A stretch of DNA of 32,250 nucleotides from Polyangiales bacterium (GTDB taxonomy: Bacteria > Myxococcota_A > Polyangia > Polyangiales > Polyangiaceae), in NCBI GenBank assembly GCA_038230375.1, contig JBBRNJ010000092.1, positions 1 to 32,250 of the forward strand. Reading direction: 5' to 3'. Under the pieces are notes generated by a model, which saw nothing but the letters and a program-made list of their open reading frames with translations, searched no databases and was not told the origin of the DNA. Shown here one piece after another: positions 15,821-25,256 of the stretch. Both the position numbers and the translations under genes were made by a program. Every line of letters starts with the position of its first letter. Position 1 is the stretch's first letter.

Positions 15821-17404
15821 TCAGCCCGTGAATTTCTTCGGCCAGACGTCCAGCGTGGTGCGCAGTCGCTCGATGCTGATCTCCACGGCGCGCGTGGTGT
15901 CCACCACGGTGTGCTCCGTCTTCGCGAGCTCCGTCACCGGCTCGAAGCGCGCAGCGAACGAATCGAAGATCGCGAGGCGTCCGTCCGAGACGCCGCCCGC
16001 GTGTTCTCGCACCTCCAGTCGCGCGCGACACACGTCCGGCGGCGCGCGGCACTCCAGGAAGCGGAACGGGGCGCTGTGCAGGATGGCCAGGTCGCGCGCA
16101 TCGCTCCGCATGCTCCTGGCGCGGAACGAGGCGTCCATCACCACCGGGCGGCCCGAGGCCAGCACCACACCCGCGCGCCGCCACACCTCCTTGTAGACGG
16201 CCTCCGTGAAGGTCGGATCGTAGGCGCCTTGCCACGCGGCATCCGAGAGCTTCTCCGTCGGGGCGACGCCCAGCATGCCCTTGCGCGTCCGGTCCGCATC
16301 CACCACGGGCGCGCTCAGCTCCTCGCCGACCATGGACGCGATGGTGCTCTTGCCGGACGCAATCACGCCGCCCACGGCCACGAGCGCGGGCAACAGCAAC
16401 GAGCGGCGATCGGCTGCGAGCGCGAGCAAGAAGTATCGTCGCGCCTCCTTCTCGGACCGCGCGCGGACCTCGTGCGACACGTCGGGGTCCTCGGCGAGCA
16501 TCGCGGAGATCTTCCCGCGCACGAACGCGCGATAGCTCTCGTAGAAGTCGACAACCGCGTACAGGTCGAAGTCCTGCGACTCGCGGGCGTACGTGGCGAG
16601 CATACGCTCCGCGAGATCCGTGCGCCCGTGCGCGGCCAGGTCCATCGACAGGAACGCGATGTCGGAGCACACGTCGGCGAAGCGGAAGCGGTCGGAGAAC
16701 TCGATGCAGTCGAGGATGGTGACGCCGTCGCGCAGATACACGTGCTCCAGCCGCAGATCACCGTGACCATCGCGCACGCGCCGCTCTTCCACGCGCCGCT
16801 CGAAGAGCTCGGTATGACCGCGCAAGAATGCGCGCTGCCATCGGACGAGCTCATGCGCCTCATCCGCGCGGAGATACTTGTGGAGCAGGGGACCGGCCTG
16901 CGCAAAGTTCTCCTCCATGTTGTCCTCGATCGCCGCCGGAGCGCCGAACGAGCGCGTGTCGCCGCCCTCGCGACAGCTCTGGTGGAAGCGCGCCAGCGTC
17001 GTGGCGATCTCGTCCACCATCGCAGGGCTGAGCGCGCCAGCAGCCAGCCGCACATCGGCACGCGGCGCCTCGGGCAGTCGACGCATGTGCACCGCATAGT
17101 CGATGATCTCGCCGCCACGCCCCACGTGCGCGGGGCCTCCGGGTTCGCGCCGTATGGGAACTACTCCCAGATAGACGCCGTGCGCGAGCCGGCTGTTGAG
17201 CGACACCTCGGCCTGACAGGCCAGGAGTCGCTGCTCGAGTGTACGGAAGTCCAGGAAGCCCAGGTCGACGGGCTTCTTCACCTTGAAGACGTCCTCGCCC
17301 ACCAGAAAGACCCACGAGCAGTGTGTCTCCACGAGCTCGACGGCGCTGGATGGCTTCCGGAGCGCGCCGGCAAATGCCTCGGGCGCAAGGAGGTCCGTCT
17401 GCAT
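15821..17404 (-). CDS. Bifunctional APH-like phosphotransferase / AAA_33 P-loop kinase (COG2187+COG0645 type)
   Basis: ETHCSWVFL, KVKKPVDLGFLDF, RDGHGDLRLEH, DCIEF, Walker A GVIASGKST, DASF and SDG motifs. Confidence 0.93.
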   Translation of the reverse strand: MQTDLLAPEAFAGALRKPSSAVELVETHCSWVFLVGEDVFKVKKPVDLGFLDFRTLEQRLLACQAEVSLNSRLAHGVYLGVVPIRREPGGPAHVGRGGEIIDYAVHMRRLPEAPRADVRLAAGALSPAMVDEIATTLARFHQSCREGGDTRSFGAPAAIEDNMEENFAQAGPLLHKYLRADEAHELVRWQRAFLRGHTELFERRVEERRVRDGHGDLRLEHVYLRDGVTILDCIEFSDRFRFADVCSDIAFLSMDLAAHGRTDLAERMLATYARESQDFDLYAVVDFYESYRAFVRGKISAMLAEDPDVSHEVRARSEKEARRYFLLALAADRRSLLLPALVAVGGVIASGKSTIASMVGEELSAPVVDADRTRKGMLGVAPTEKLSDAAWQGAYDPTFTEAVYKEVWRRAGVVLASGRPVVMDASFRARSMRSDARDLAILHSAPFRFLECRAPPDVCRARLEVREHAGGVSDGRLAIFDSFAARFEPVTELAKTEHTVVDTTRAVEISIERLRTTLDVWPKKFTG

Positions 17405-17412
17405 CGCTGTGC

Positions 17413-17658
17413 TCAGTGAAACTTGGCGCGGAGCAGGGACACCTTCTTCACCGCGTCAGCAAGGGCGTGGCGTGTTGCCTCAGTGAGGTCGTGTGCCATC
17501 TTCTCTGCCTCTTCCAGCTGGGGCTCCAGCTTGCTCCATTCGTCCTTGGCGTCCATGCCCGCCAGGTGCAATTGCACGCGGATCTCGTCCTTGAGGGTGC
17601 GGAGCGCATCGAGGCTCTTCTGGATGTCGTTCTTCAGCTCGGTGGTTGTCTGGCTCAT
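17413..17658 (-). CDS. Small helical protein (81 aa), DEIRVQLHLAGMDAKDEW family
   Basis: ATG at 17658 lies within ORF 17413-18054. Amphipathic coiled-coil pattern; 8 bp upstream of the kinase gene. Confidence 0.85.
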   Translation of the reverse strand: MSQTTTELKNDIQKSLDALRTLKDEIRVQLHLAGMDAKDEWSKLEPQLEEAEKMAHDLTEATRHALADAVKKVSLLRAKFH

Positions 17659-17671
17659 GATGTGTTCTGGG

Positions 17672-17687
17672 AGCAACACGCGTGCCT
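17672..17687 (-). promoter_or_regulatory. Sigma54 (-24/-12) promoter
   Basis: Minus strand reads AGGCACG-CGTG-TTGCT, matching TGGCACG-N4-TTGCW at all but the first base. Confidence 0.8.
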
Positions 17688-17730
17688 GTGCTCGACTCAG
17701 GCCCACCCCCAGGACTCGCCACGCGGCACG

Positions 17731-17743
17731 CGCAAGCCTTGCG
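17731..17743. promoter_or_regulatory. Palindrome CGCAAG-C-CTTGCG, candidate enhancer-binding-protein site
   Basis: Perfect 6-bp arms, about 45-55 bp upstream of the sigma54 promoter. Confidence 0.4.
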
Positions 17744-17784
17744 GTCGCACGCACCGGATGCACTCCAGAGGCGCAAGACGGAGG

Positions 17785-17814
17785 TTGACCCTCCCCCCGG
17801 GGTAGGGGTATCGT
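17785..17814 (+). promoter_or_regulatory. Sigma70 promoter (TTGACC-N18-TATCGT) overlapped by a CsoR-type C/G-tract operator
   Basis: ACCCTCCCCCCGGGGTAGGGGTAT lies between and over the -35 and -10. ATG follows 7 nt after the -10. Confidence 0.8.
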
Positions 17815-17821
17815 TGCTCTC

Positions 17822-18127
17822 ATGAGCACCAGGCACGGTCCAGACGACGACGCGGGAAGGCAGACGGTCCTCACGCGGCTGCGCTCCGTCGAGGGGCACC
17901 TGCGCGGCGTCGCGCAGATGGTCGAAGAGGATGCATACTGCATCGATGTGCTGCGGCAGACGAAGGCGATCCACGCTGCGCTCTCCAAGGTGGAGGGCCT
18001 GCTCCTCACGCGCCACCTCAACCACTGCGTGACGACCGCGGTGCGCGGGGGCAAGCCGCGCGAGCGGGAGCGCGTCGTGTCGGAGCTGGTCGCGCTCTTC
18101 GAGGCGAAGGGAGAGAAGGAACGATGA
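17822..18127 (+). CDS. csoR: CsoR/RcnR-family Cu(I)-sensing repressor
   Basis: RLRSVEGHLRGVAQMVEE-DAYCIDVLRQ...RHLNHC gives the C-H-C ligand fingerprint; first gene of a copper operon. Confidence 0.92.
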   Translation: MSTRHGPDDDAGRQTVLTRLRSVEGHLRGVAQMVEEDAYCIDVLRQTKAIHAALSKVEGLLLTRHLNHCVTTAVRGGKPRERERVVSELVALFEAKGEKER

Positions 18128-19515
18128 GAGCACCCACGGCCTCCGCGCTCACGGTCCCCATCCTGGTCCTTGCTGCGCTCGCATCTGGATGCGCGGGTAC
18201 ATCACCCAAGCCGGCATTCGACGAGACGGCGAAAGAAGTGCAGGCCCGTACCTCGCAGAAGATCACCTGGAACCAGGCCGGCGACGACGACGCAGCCGCG
18301 AAGAAGAAGGTGGACGAGCTCCTCTCGCGCGAGCTGACGGTCACCGGCGCCACGCAGATCGCGCTGCTCCAGAACCGCACGCTCACGGCCACGTACGAGG
18401 GCCTCTCGATCGCGCAGGCCGACCTGGTGCAGGCGGGCTTGCTTGCAAACCCCGTGTTCCAGGCGAGCCTCGCGTTCCCCGTCGCCGGCAACGCGTCCAC
18501 GGGTGGCGGCCTGTCCGTCACGCAGGACTTCATGAGCATCTTCCTGCTCGCTGCAAGGAAGCGCATCGCGGAGTCGGAGCTCCTTGCTGCAGAGATGCGC
18601 GTGGGCAACGCCGTGCTCGAGACCACCTACGAGGTGCAGGCAGCATTCTATGCGCTGTCCTCGGCGCAGCAGATCGTCCTCATGCGCAAGACGATCCTGG
18701 AGGCGGGGGACATCGCGGTGGATCTGGCGCTCCGTCAGCACGAGGCTGGCAACATCTCAGACCTGGAGCTCACGATCCAGCAGGTCGCGTACGAGCAGGT
18801 GCGGGCCGATCTCCTGCGCAGCGAAGCGGACGTCATCGCCGCGCGCGAGTCCCTCACGCGGCTCATGGGCGTCATGGGGGACGGACCGCGATTCCGTGTC
18901 GCCGATACGTTGCCAGAGCTGCCGCCGCACGAGCCCGAGCTGTCGCATCTGGAGGCGCTCGCCACGTCGCGGCGGATGGATCTGCTCGCCGCGCGCCGCG
19001 AAGGGCAGGCGATCGCGCACGCGCTTTCCATGGCGGAGAGCTGGCGCTTCCTCGGCGGCGCCACGGCCTCGGGCAGCTACGAGCGGTCGCCGGAGGGCTT
19101 CTCGGTCGCGGGGCCAGGCGTGGGTGTTGAGCTCCCGCTCTTCGATCAGAAGCAAGCGGCGATCGCAAAGCTCCAGGCGCGGCTGCGTGCGGCGCATGCG
19201 AGCGAGATCGCGCTCACCGTGGACGTGCGCGCAGACGTGCGCGCCGCGCGCGGGCGCATGGAGGCGTCACGCGCGTTGGTGGAGCGCTACACCCACGTGG
19301 TGGTCCCGCTCCGCCGCAAGGTGGTCTCGCTGTCGGAGCAGCAGCACAACGCGATGCTGCTCGGCGCATATCAGGTCCTCGTCGCCAGACAGAGCGAGGT
19401 GACCGCCTACTCCGATCTCATCCTGGCGCTGCGCGACTACTGGACCGCGCACGCCGAGCTGGAGCGCGCCACGGGCGGTGCGCTGCCTGCGATCACGAAG
19501 GGAGCGTCGAGATGA
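18124..19515 (+). CDS. TolC-family outer-membrane efflux lipoprotein (copper-associated)
   Basis: Lipobox ASGC, ALLQN, ADLVQAGLLANP, ELPLFD and LRDYW..AELERATGG motifs; ATGA coupling on both sides. Confidence 0.92.
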   Translation: MRAPTASALTVPILVLAALASGCAGTSPKPAFDETAKEVQARTSQKITWNQAGDDDAAAKKKVDELLSRELTVTGATQIALLQNRTLTATYEGLSIAQADLVQAGLLANPVFQASLAFPVAGNASTGGGLSVTQDFMSIFLLAARKRIAESELLAAEMRVGNAVLETTYEVQAAFYALSSAQQIVLMRKTILEAGDIAVDLALRQHEAGNISDLELTIQQVAYEQVRADLLRSEADVIAARESLTRLMGVMGDGPRFRVADTLPELPPHEPELSHLEALATSRRMDLLAARREGQAIAHALSMAESWRFLGGATASGSYERSPEGFSVAGPGVGVELPLFDQKQAAIAKLQARLRAAHASEIALTVDVRADVRAARGRMEASRALVERYTHVVVPLRRKVVSLSEQQHNAMLLGAYQVLVARQSEVTAYSDLILALRDYWTAHAELERATGGALPAITKGASR

Positions 19516-20759
19516 TCACACGCAGGAACATGCTGTCGTCGGCCGGGCTGCTCGCGGGCGGACTGGCGCTGCTTCGCGCGAAGGTCGCTGACGCGTTGCC
19601 GCCACCTGCTGCCGCGCCGCGGTTGCCTGGGCGCGGGTACACGCCCGTCGTCACGCCGAACGGGAGCACGCTGCCGTTCACCATGAAGGACGGCGTGAAG
19701 GAGTTCCGCCTGTCGTGCGAGCCCGTGAAGAGGGAGTTCGCGCCCGGCATGATCGTGGACTGCTGGGGCTACAACGGACAATCACCCGGGCCCACGATCG
19801 AGGCGGTGGAGGGCGATCGCGTTCGCTTCTTCGTCACGAACAACCTGCCCGAGCGCACCAGCGTCCACTGGCACGGTGCGCTGCTCCCGAACGGAATGGA
19901 CGGTGTCGCCGGGCTCACCCAGCCGCACATCAACCCGGGCGAGACCTACGTCTACGAGTTCACGCTGAAGCAGCACGGCACGCTCATGTACCACCCGCAC
20001 TCGGACGAGATGACGCAGATCGCGCTCGGGATGATGGGCTTCTTCATCATCCACCCGCGCGTGCCGGAGCGCCGCATCGATCGCGACTTCGCCATCTTCC
20101 TGGCGGAGTGGTCGATCCCACCTGGGGCCTCGCGGCCGAACCCGTTCGTCATGCTGGACTTCAACACGTTCACGTTCAACGCGCGTGCGTGGCCGGGGAC
20201 CGATCCGCTGGTCGTGAAGAAGGGCGAGCGCGTGCGCGTGCGCCTTGCCAACATCAGCATGGACAATCATCCGATCCACATGCACGGCCACCGCTTCCAG
20301 GTGACGGGGACGGACGCGGGCACCATCCCCGAGACGGCGCGCTTCCACGAGAACACGGTGGACGTACCGGTGGGCTCCACGCGCGACTTCGAGTTCGTGG
20401 CTGAAAATCCAGGTGATTGGCCGCTGCACTGCCACAAGTCGCACCACACCATGAACGCGATGAGCCACGACATGCCCAACATGATCGGCGTCAAGCCAAG
20501 CGAGCAGGGCAGTGACGTGAACGAGAAGCTCGCGCGCGTCCTGCCCGGTCACATGGAGATGGGCCACAGCGGCATGGGCGGAATGATGGACATGGGCCGC
20601 CCCAAGAACACGCTCGCGATGATGTCCGGCAAGGGGCCGTTCGGCGAGATCGAGATGGGCGGCATGTTCACCGTGGTGAAGGTGCGCGAGGGGCTCACCA
20701 GCTACGAGGACCCGGGCTGGTACAAGCACCCCGAAGGCACCACCGCGAAGAAGGTGTAG
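19512..20759 (+). CDS. Tat-exported two-domain multicopper oxidase with Met-rich tail
   Basis: TRRNML Tat motif; HWHG, HPH, HPIHMHGH and HCHKSHHTMNAM copper motifs; Met-rich C-terminus. Confidence 0.93.
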   Translation: MITRRNMLSSAGLLAGGLALLRAKVADALPPPAAAPRLPGRGYTPVVTPNGSTLPFTMKDGVKEFRLSCEPVKREFAPGMIVDCWGYNGQSPGPTIEAVEGDRVRFFVTNNLPERTSVHWHGALLPNGMDGVAGLTQPHINPGETYVYEFTLKQHGTLMYHPHSDEMTQIALGMMGFFIIHPRVPERRIDRDFAIFLAEWSIPPGASRPNPFVMLDFNTFTFNARAWPGTDPLVVKKGERVRVRLANISMDNHPIHMHGHRFQVTGTDAGTIPETARFHENTVDVPVGSTRDFEFVAENPGDWPLHCHKSHHTMNAMSHDMPNMIGVKPSEQGSDVNEKLARVLPGHMEMGHSGMGGMMDMGRPKNTLAMMSGKGPFGEIEMGGMFTVVKVREGLTSYEDPGWYKHPEGTTAKKV

Positions 20760-20925
20760 GCCCAAGCCGTCCGGCGCCCGATGCACGCCAAGGAAACCTG
20801 GGGTGGCGGGTCTCGTCCCTGCGCGAAAAAATGGAACTTTGGTGGAAGGTTGGCTGTCCACCGATCGTTCTGAGCACTGGGACGTCGAAGATGCAGGTGA
20901 GGCGCAACATACAGGCGGAAACGGC

Positions 20926-23268
20926 GTGAGGATCCGCGGCTGGATGTTTGCGGTGGTCGCCGTGCTGGCGCTCGGGGGCTTCGTGGCCTTCGAATGGCTC
21001 ATGTGGCGCGTGCCCAGCGAACCGCAGGGCAGCGCCAAGGACGACACCGGCGCTCCTGTGCCACATGCGGCGGGCTCTGCCGGCGCGCTGGATGACATCG
21101 CCGCCACACCCCGTGCCGAGCTGCGTGGCCGCGTGCTGGAGCTGAGCGGTGCGCCCATCGCGGACGCGACGGTGTGCGCGATGTTCGAGAAGGTCAAGGC
21201 GGAGGCGACGCGGCCACCCATGTGCGCGACCACCAACGCAAGCGGCGCGTGGGAGCTGCTCGCCGTGGAGGCGGGGCGCGCCATGAAGCTCGGCGCCACT
21301 GCACAGGGCCATAGGCCGCAGACGTGGGTCGGCAAGGACGGGAGCAGCACGCTTCGTCTCGTCGCGGAGGAGCGCAAGGACAACGTGGACCTGATCCTCA
21401 CGCCTGGTGGCGTCGCGGTGCGCGGTCGCGTCAAGGATGCGCTCGGCGGCGTGGTGCCTGGTGCGGTGATCGCCGTCACGCCATCCGAGGGCGGCGCGAC
21501 CATCCCGACAACGACGGACAGCAAGGGCGAGTTCGTCGCCTGGGTCGCGCCTGGCATGGTGCGCGTGCACGCGACTGCACCGGGCTACACGGAGACCAGT
21601 GCGTCGGGCCATGCGCCGGAGCACCGCTTCGAGCTCTCGCTCTTGCCTGGCTCGGCCATCGTGGGCCGCGCGATCGAGCGACTCACGTCCGCGCCGGTCG
21701 CGAACGCACAGGTCGAGGCCATCGCGACGGACCAGCCCGGAAGGAAGAGCGCGCGCACGAACGAGGACGGCTCGTTCCGCATCGAGGGCCTCGCGCCAGG
21801 GAAATACAGGCTGGAAGGGCTTGCGCCCGGCCTCTCAGGATATGCACGCGTGACGGTCCTCGTTGGCGTGGCAGACACGTCGCACGAGACGATCGTGGAG
21901 CTGGAGCGCTCGCCGCCCGTGAACGGGCGCGTGGTGGAGTCGGACACCCACGCTCCGTGCACCGGCGGCGAGGTGACGCTGCACGACAAGCGCGTGGGCG
22001 AATACGCGCAGGGCATCATCGAAGCGGACGGCGCGGTGCACTTCACCGCCGTGCTCCCTGGCACCTACTCCGTGGACGTGAGCTGTGACGACCATGCGCG
22101 CAAGCCGAAGTACCCCACGGTCACGGTCGGGCAGAAGGCGATCGAGGAGCTCGTGTGGGAGGTCGATCGCGGCAGCGATGCGCGCGGCTTCGTCGTGGAT
22201 GCGAGCGGCAAGGCAGTCGCGAACGCCAGTGTTCGCGCCGACTCGGAGAACTCCTACGGGAACGCCACGGCACAGACCGACGCGCAAGGTGCGTTCACGT
22301 TGCACGGACTTCCGGCAGGGAAATACAACGTCGTCGCATCGCAGGAGAGCGCGGGCGCAGAGGCGTCGCAGTCGGTCGAGGTCGACGGGAAGCGCGCGAC
22401 CTCCGACGTGCGGCTCGAGCTGGGCAAGGGCGGCAAGATCTCCGGCACCATCTTCGACCAGGACAACCGTCCGCTCGCCTCCGTGGCGGTGACCCTCACG
22501 GGCGCCACCTACAGCCGCGTGGAGACGCGTGAGGACGGCTCGTTCGTGGCCACCGGACTCTCGCCCGGAAATTATCGAATGACGCTCAGCTCGGGACCGA
22601 CGCGCCTCCGCGTGATCGGCGACAAGCCAGAGGACACCCGCGAGGCCATTCAGCTGTCTCTGCCTGCGGCGGGCGAGGTGAAGAAGGCGCTCGTCGTGGA
22701 GCGGCGCGCAGGCTTCATCGAGGGCACCGTCGTGGACGCGCGCGGGGAGGGGATGCCCGACTTCTTCGTGGACGCGACGCGCACGGACCGCCCCCAGAAG
22801 GGCGTGCGGCGCGGGACCACGGTCACGAACGGCGTGAACGACAGTCGCGTCATCACGGATGCACGCGGTCACTTCCGCATCGAGTCGCTCGCCAACGGTG
22901 AGTACACGATCCGCGCATACAGGCAGAGCGGCGCCCAGAACAGCATCACGTTGGTCACCACGGGGACCACGAACGCCAAGGTGCAGATGAGCGTCCCCGG
23001 CGCGATCACGGGCACGGCGAAGGTGGAGCGCGGCGCGCTGCCGGAGCGCTTCAACGCGAGGATCTCGGGGATGGGCGTGCACCGGTCGGAGCCGTTCTTC
23101 CACACGTCGGGCGCGTTCGCCCTCTCCGACCTTCCGCCGGGCACGTACGAGGTGGAGATCGATGCGCCGGAAGGCACGGGGACCGGCTCCGTCACCGTGG
23201 CGCTCGGCGAGATCGCCACACTCGAAATCAAGCTCACCCCGAAGGCCGAAGAGCCGAACGAAGACTGA
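20926..23268 (+). CDS. Membrane-anchored protein with tandem carboxypeptidase-regulatory-like (Cna-B/transthyretin-like) repeats
   Basis: N-terminal TM, then repeated GRV.D..G.P...A.V...TD..G.F...L.PG.Y units. GTG 20926 preferred over 20803. Confidence 0.88.
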   Translation: MRIRGWMFAVVAVLALGGFVAFEWLMWRVPSEPQGSAKDDTGAPVPHAAGSAGALDDIAATPRAELRGRVLELSGAPIADATVCAMFEKVKAEATRPPMCATTNASGAWELLAVEAGRAMKLGATAQGHRPQTWVGKDGSSTLRLVAEERKDNVDLILTPGGVAVRGRVKDALGGVVPGAVIAVTPSEGGATIPTTTDSKGEFVAWVAPGMVRVHATAPGYTETSASGHAPEHRFELSLLPGSAIVGRAIERLTSAPVANAQVEAIATDQPGRKSARTNEDGSFRIEGLAPGKYRLEGLAPGLSGYARVTVLVGVADTSHETIVELERSPPVNGRVVESDTHAPCTGGEVTLHDKRVGEYAQGIIEADGAVHFTAVLPGTYSVDVSCDDHARKPKYPTVTVGQKAIEELVWEVDRGSDARGFVVDASGKAVANASVRADSENSYGNATAQTDAQGAFTLHGLPAGKYNVVASQESAGAEASQSVEVDGKRATSDVRLELGKGGKISGTIFDQDNRPLASVAVTLTGATYSRVETREDGSFVATGLSPGNYRMTLSSGPTRLRVIGDKPEDTREAIQLSLPAAGEVKKALVVERRAGFIEGTVVDARGEGMPDFFVDATRTDRPQKGVRRGTTVTNGVNDSRVITDARGHFRIESLANGEYTIRAYRQSGAQNSITLVTTGTTNAKVQMSVPGAITGTAKVERGALPERFNARISGMGVHRSEPFFHTSGAFALSDLPPGTYEVEIDAPEGTGTGSVTVALGEIATLEIKLTPKAEEPNED

Positions 23269-23302
23269 CGGGAACGCGCGCTTCGCCTACGATGGCCCAT
23301 CG

Positions 23303-25159
23303 ATGCTCGCCGTGCGCGCCAAGAAATCTTGCCCGAAGTGCCGCACCCAGGTCGAAGCGGACGCCCAGTTCTGCCCCGTCGACGGCACGGAGCTCACCGC
23401 CGTGGACCCCTACATCGGGCAGGTGATCGCGGGCGACATCGAGCTCACCTCCGTCCTTGGACGCGGGGCAATGGGAAGCGTGTACCGCGGGCACCAGCGC
23501 AGCATCGGTCGCGACGTCGCGGTGAAGGTCCTGCACCGCGAGCTCTCCACGAACAAGGACCTGGTCACGCGCTTCAAACGTGAGGCGAAGTTCGCGAGCA
23601 AGCTCTCCCACCCGCACGTGGTCGAGGTCTTCCTTGCAGGCCAGCTGGACGACGGCGCGCTCTTCATCGTCATGGAGTATCTGGATGGTGAGTCGCTGGC
23701 GGCGACGCTGGAGAGGGAAGGCGCGCTACCAGTGGCCCGCGCGCTGAACATCGCACTCCAGATCTGTGACGCCGTGGGCGCAGGTCACGTGAGCGGCGTC
23801 GTCCATCGCGATCTGAAGCCCGAGAACGTGATGCTGGTGCACCGCGCGGACACGGCGGACTGGGTGAAAGTGCTCGATTTCGGCATCGCGAAGGGCATGC
23901 AAGGTGACCAGTCGCTGGAGACGGTCGCGGGCCGCATCTACGGAACCGCGCGCTACATCTCCCCAGAGGCCGCGTATGGCCGCGGCGTGGGTCCGCCCAG
24001 CGACGTGTACTCGATCGCGGTCATCCTGTTCCAGATGCTGGCCGGGCGTTCGCCGTTCGATGCGGAGGACGTGATCGCGCTGATCATGAAGCACGTCAGC
24101 GAGCAACCACCAGCACTGAGGAGCCTCGCGCCGAGCGTACCCGTTGCGGTCGCCGACGTGGTCATGCAGAACCTGGAGAAGGACGCTGCGAAGCGCGCGC
24201 AGGACGCGCATGCGCTCGGGGCCGCGCTCATGGATGCGGCCACGCTGGCCGGTGTGTCGGTGCCGAACCTTGGTCTTGCCGCGCGATTGAGCAGGATGCC
24301 CGCGCCTACCCTCGCGCTCGCGGAGACCATCAACGACGCGCCGCCGCTGACGTCTTCCCTGGCGATGACGCCGCCAAGGAGCGCATCACCTACCGATGTG
24401 CCCACCGACACCAGCGACGAGCCGGCACCGAAGCCGCGGACCAGCGCGTTGCGGGTAGTCGCATATGCGATCGTCGCGCTTGCGCTGCTGTTCGGCGCTG
24501 GTGGGTTGTATACGTGGCGTGCGGGCATTCGTGACCACGACGACACCGTGGCGCGCGCGCAGCAGGCCCTCGTCGATCATCACTTCATGTCGCCGCCAGG
24601 TCTTAACGTGAACGACATCGTCACGGCTGGCCTCGCGAAGTGGCCCGGAGACCCAGCGCTGGGGGAGGTCCGCTTGAATGCGGCGCGTGAGCTCGCCACC
24701 TCGGCGATGGCTGCGCACTCTGCAGGTGACATCGAGGGCGCGCACAGAGCGGCCTCGCGCGCGCTCATGCTCGACCCCAACGACTATGCCGCGAGGGTGC
24801 TCACGGACGAGTACGACCAGGAGCTCACCACGTTGAAGGGCCCCGAGGGAGCCCCATCATCGCAGCCCCCGTGCGTGCTGTTCACGGTGCCGCAGCTGGT
24901 CAAGGTGGGCACGTCGTTCGACGCGGTCGCGCACATCTACCTTCGCGCCGCGGGCCAGCGCGGCACGATCGAGCGCGCCGAGCTGAAGGAGCTGCCCACG
25001 AGGAACGGCGAGGGGCAGAAACTGCCAGTCACGCGGGCTGCCACCGTGTTCACGGCGCACGTCACCCCGAAGGTCGTGGGTCGCTTCTATCTGAAGTTCG
25101 AGGCGAGCGTCGCGGGTGAGCTCATCAGAGCGGAGCGCTCGGTGGACGTCGCGCCGTAG
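23303..25159 (+). CDS. Hanks-type Ser/Thr protein kinase with N-terminal zinc ribbon, TM and extracytoplasmic helical plus beta domain
   Basis: CPKC..FCPVDG, LGRGAMGSVY, VAVK, HRDLKPEN, DFG, GTARYISPE and SDVYS motifs; TM VVAYAIVALALLFGAGGLY. Confidence 0.95.
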   Translation: MLAVRAKKSCPKCRTQVEADAQFCPVDGTELTAVDPYIGQVIAGDIELTSVLGRGAMGSVYRGHQRSIGRDVAVKVLHRELSTNKDLVTRFKREAKFASKLSHPHVVEVFLAGQLDDGALFIVMEYLDGESLAATLEREGALPVARALNIALQICDAVGAGHVSGVVHRDLKPENVMLVHRADTADWVKVLDFGIAKGMQGDQSLETVAGRIYGTARYISPEAAYGRGVGPPSDVYSIAVILFQMLAGRSPFDAEDVIALIMKHVSEQPPALRSLAPSVPVAVADVVMQNLEKDAAKRAQDAHALGAALMDAATLAGVSVPNLGLAARLSRMPAPTLALAETINDAPPLTSSLAMTPPRSASPTDVPTDTSDEPAPKPRTSALRVVAYAIVALALLFGAGGLYTWRAGIRDHDDTVARAQQALVDHHFMSPPGLNVNDIVTAGLAKWPGDPALGEVRLNAARELATSAMAAHSAGDIEGAHRAASRALMLDPNDYAARVLTDEYDQELTTLKGPEGAPSSQPPCVLFTVPQLVKVGTSFDAVAHIYLRAAGQRGTIERAELKELPTRNGEGQKLPVTRAATVFTAHVTPKVVGRFYLKFEASVAGELIRAERSVDVAP

Positions 25160-25256
25160 GAGGCTGCTGTTTTTCGCCGATAGCTTCGCGCTGGCCGCGC
25201 TGCTCGGGAGAAAGCACGCCCATCGCTCGCTCTCGACGAAAACCATGCAGCCTCCT
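25158..25256. mobile_element. 99-bp MITE/REP-like long hairpin
   Basis: Arms 25158-25184 and 25229-25256 match at 24 of 28 aligned columns; the interior also pairs; flanked by CGT on both sides. Confidence 0.45.

Noticed and set aside
11769..17404. Antibiotic-resistance island (beta-lactamase, acetyltransferases, aminoglycoside phosphotransferase)
   Set aside because: The MBL is RomA/NAPE-PLD-like, the GNATs are generic and the kinase is COG2187-type. There is no integron, IS or recognisable resistance allele.
15419..17419. 666-aa plus-strand ORF, and similar long ORFs at 4301-6085, 19782-21557, 21835-23103 and 29725-31254
   Set aside because: Antisense or off-frame shadows of well-supported genes in high-GC DNA; Arg/Ala-rich with no motifs.
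17791..17810. G-quadruplex in the C/G tracts before csoR
   Set aside because: Only two G-runs on the plus strand; better explained as a CsoR operator.
17659..18054. 5' extension of the small-protein ORF to 213 aa
   Set aside because: Antisense to csoR and crosses both promoters. The sigma54 site supports ATG 17658.
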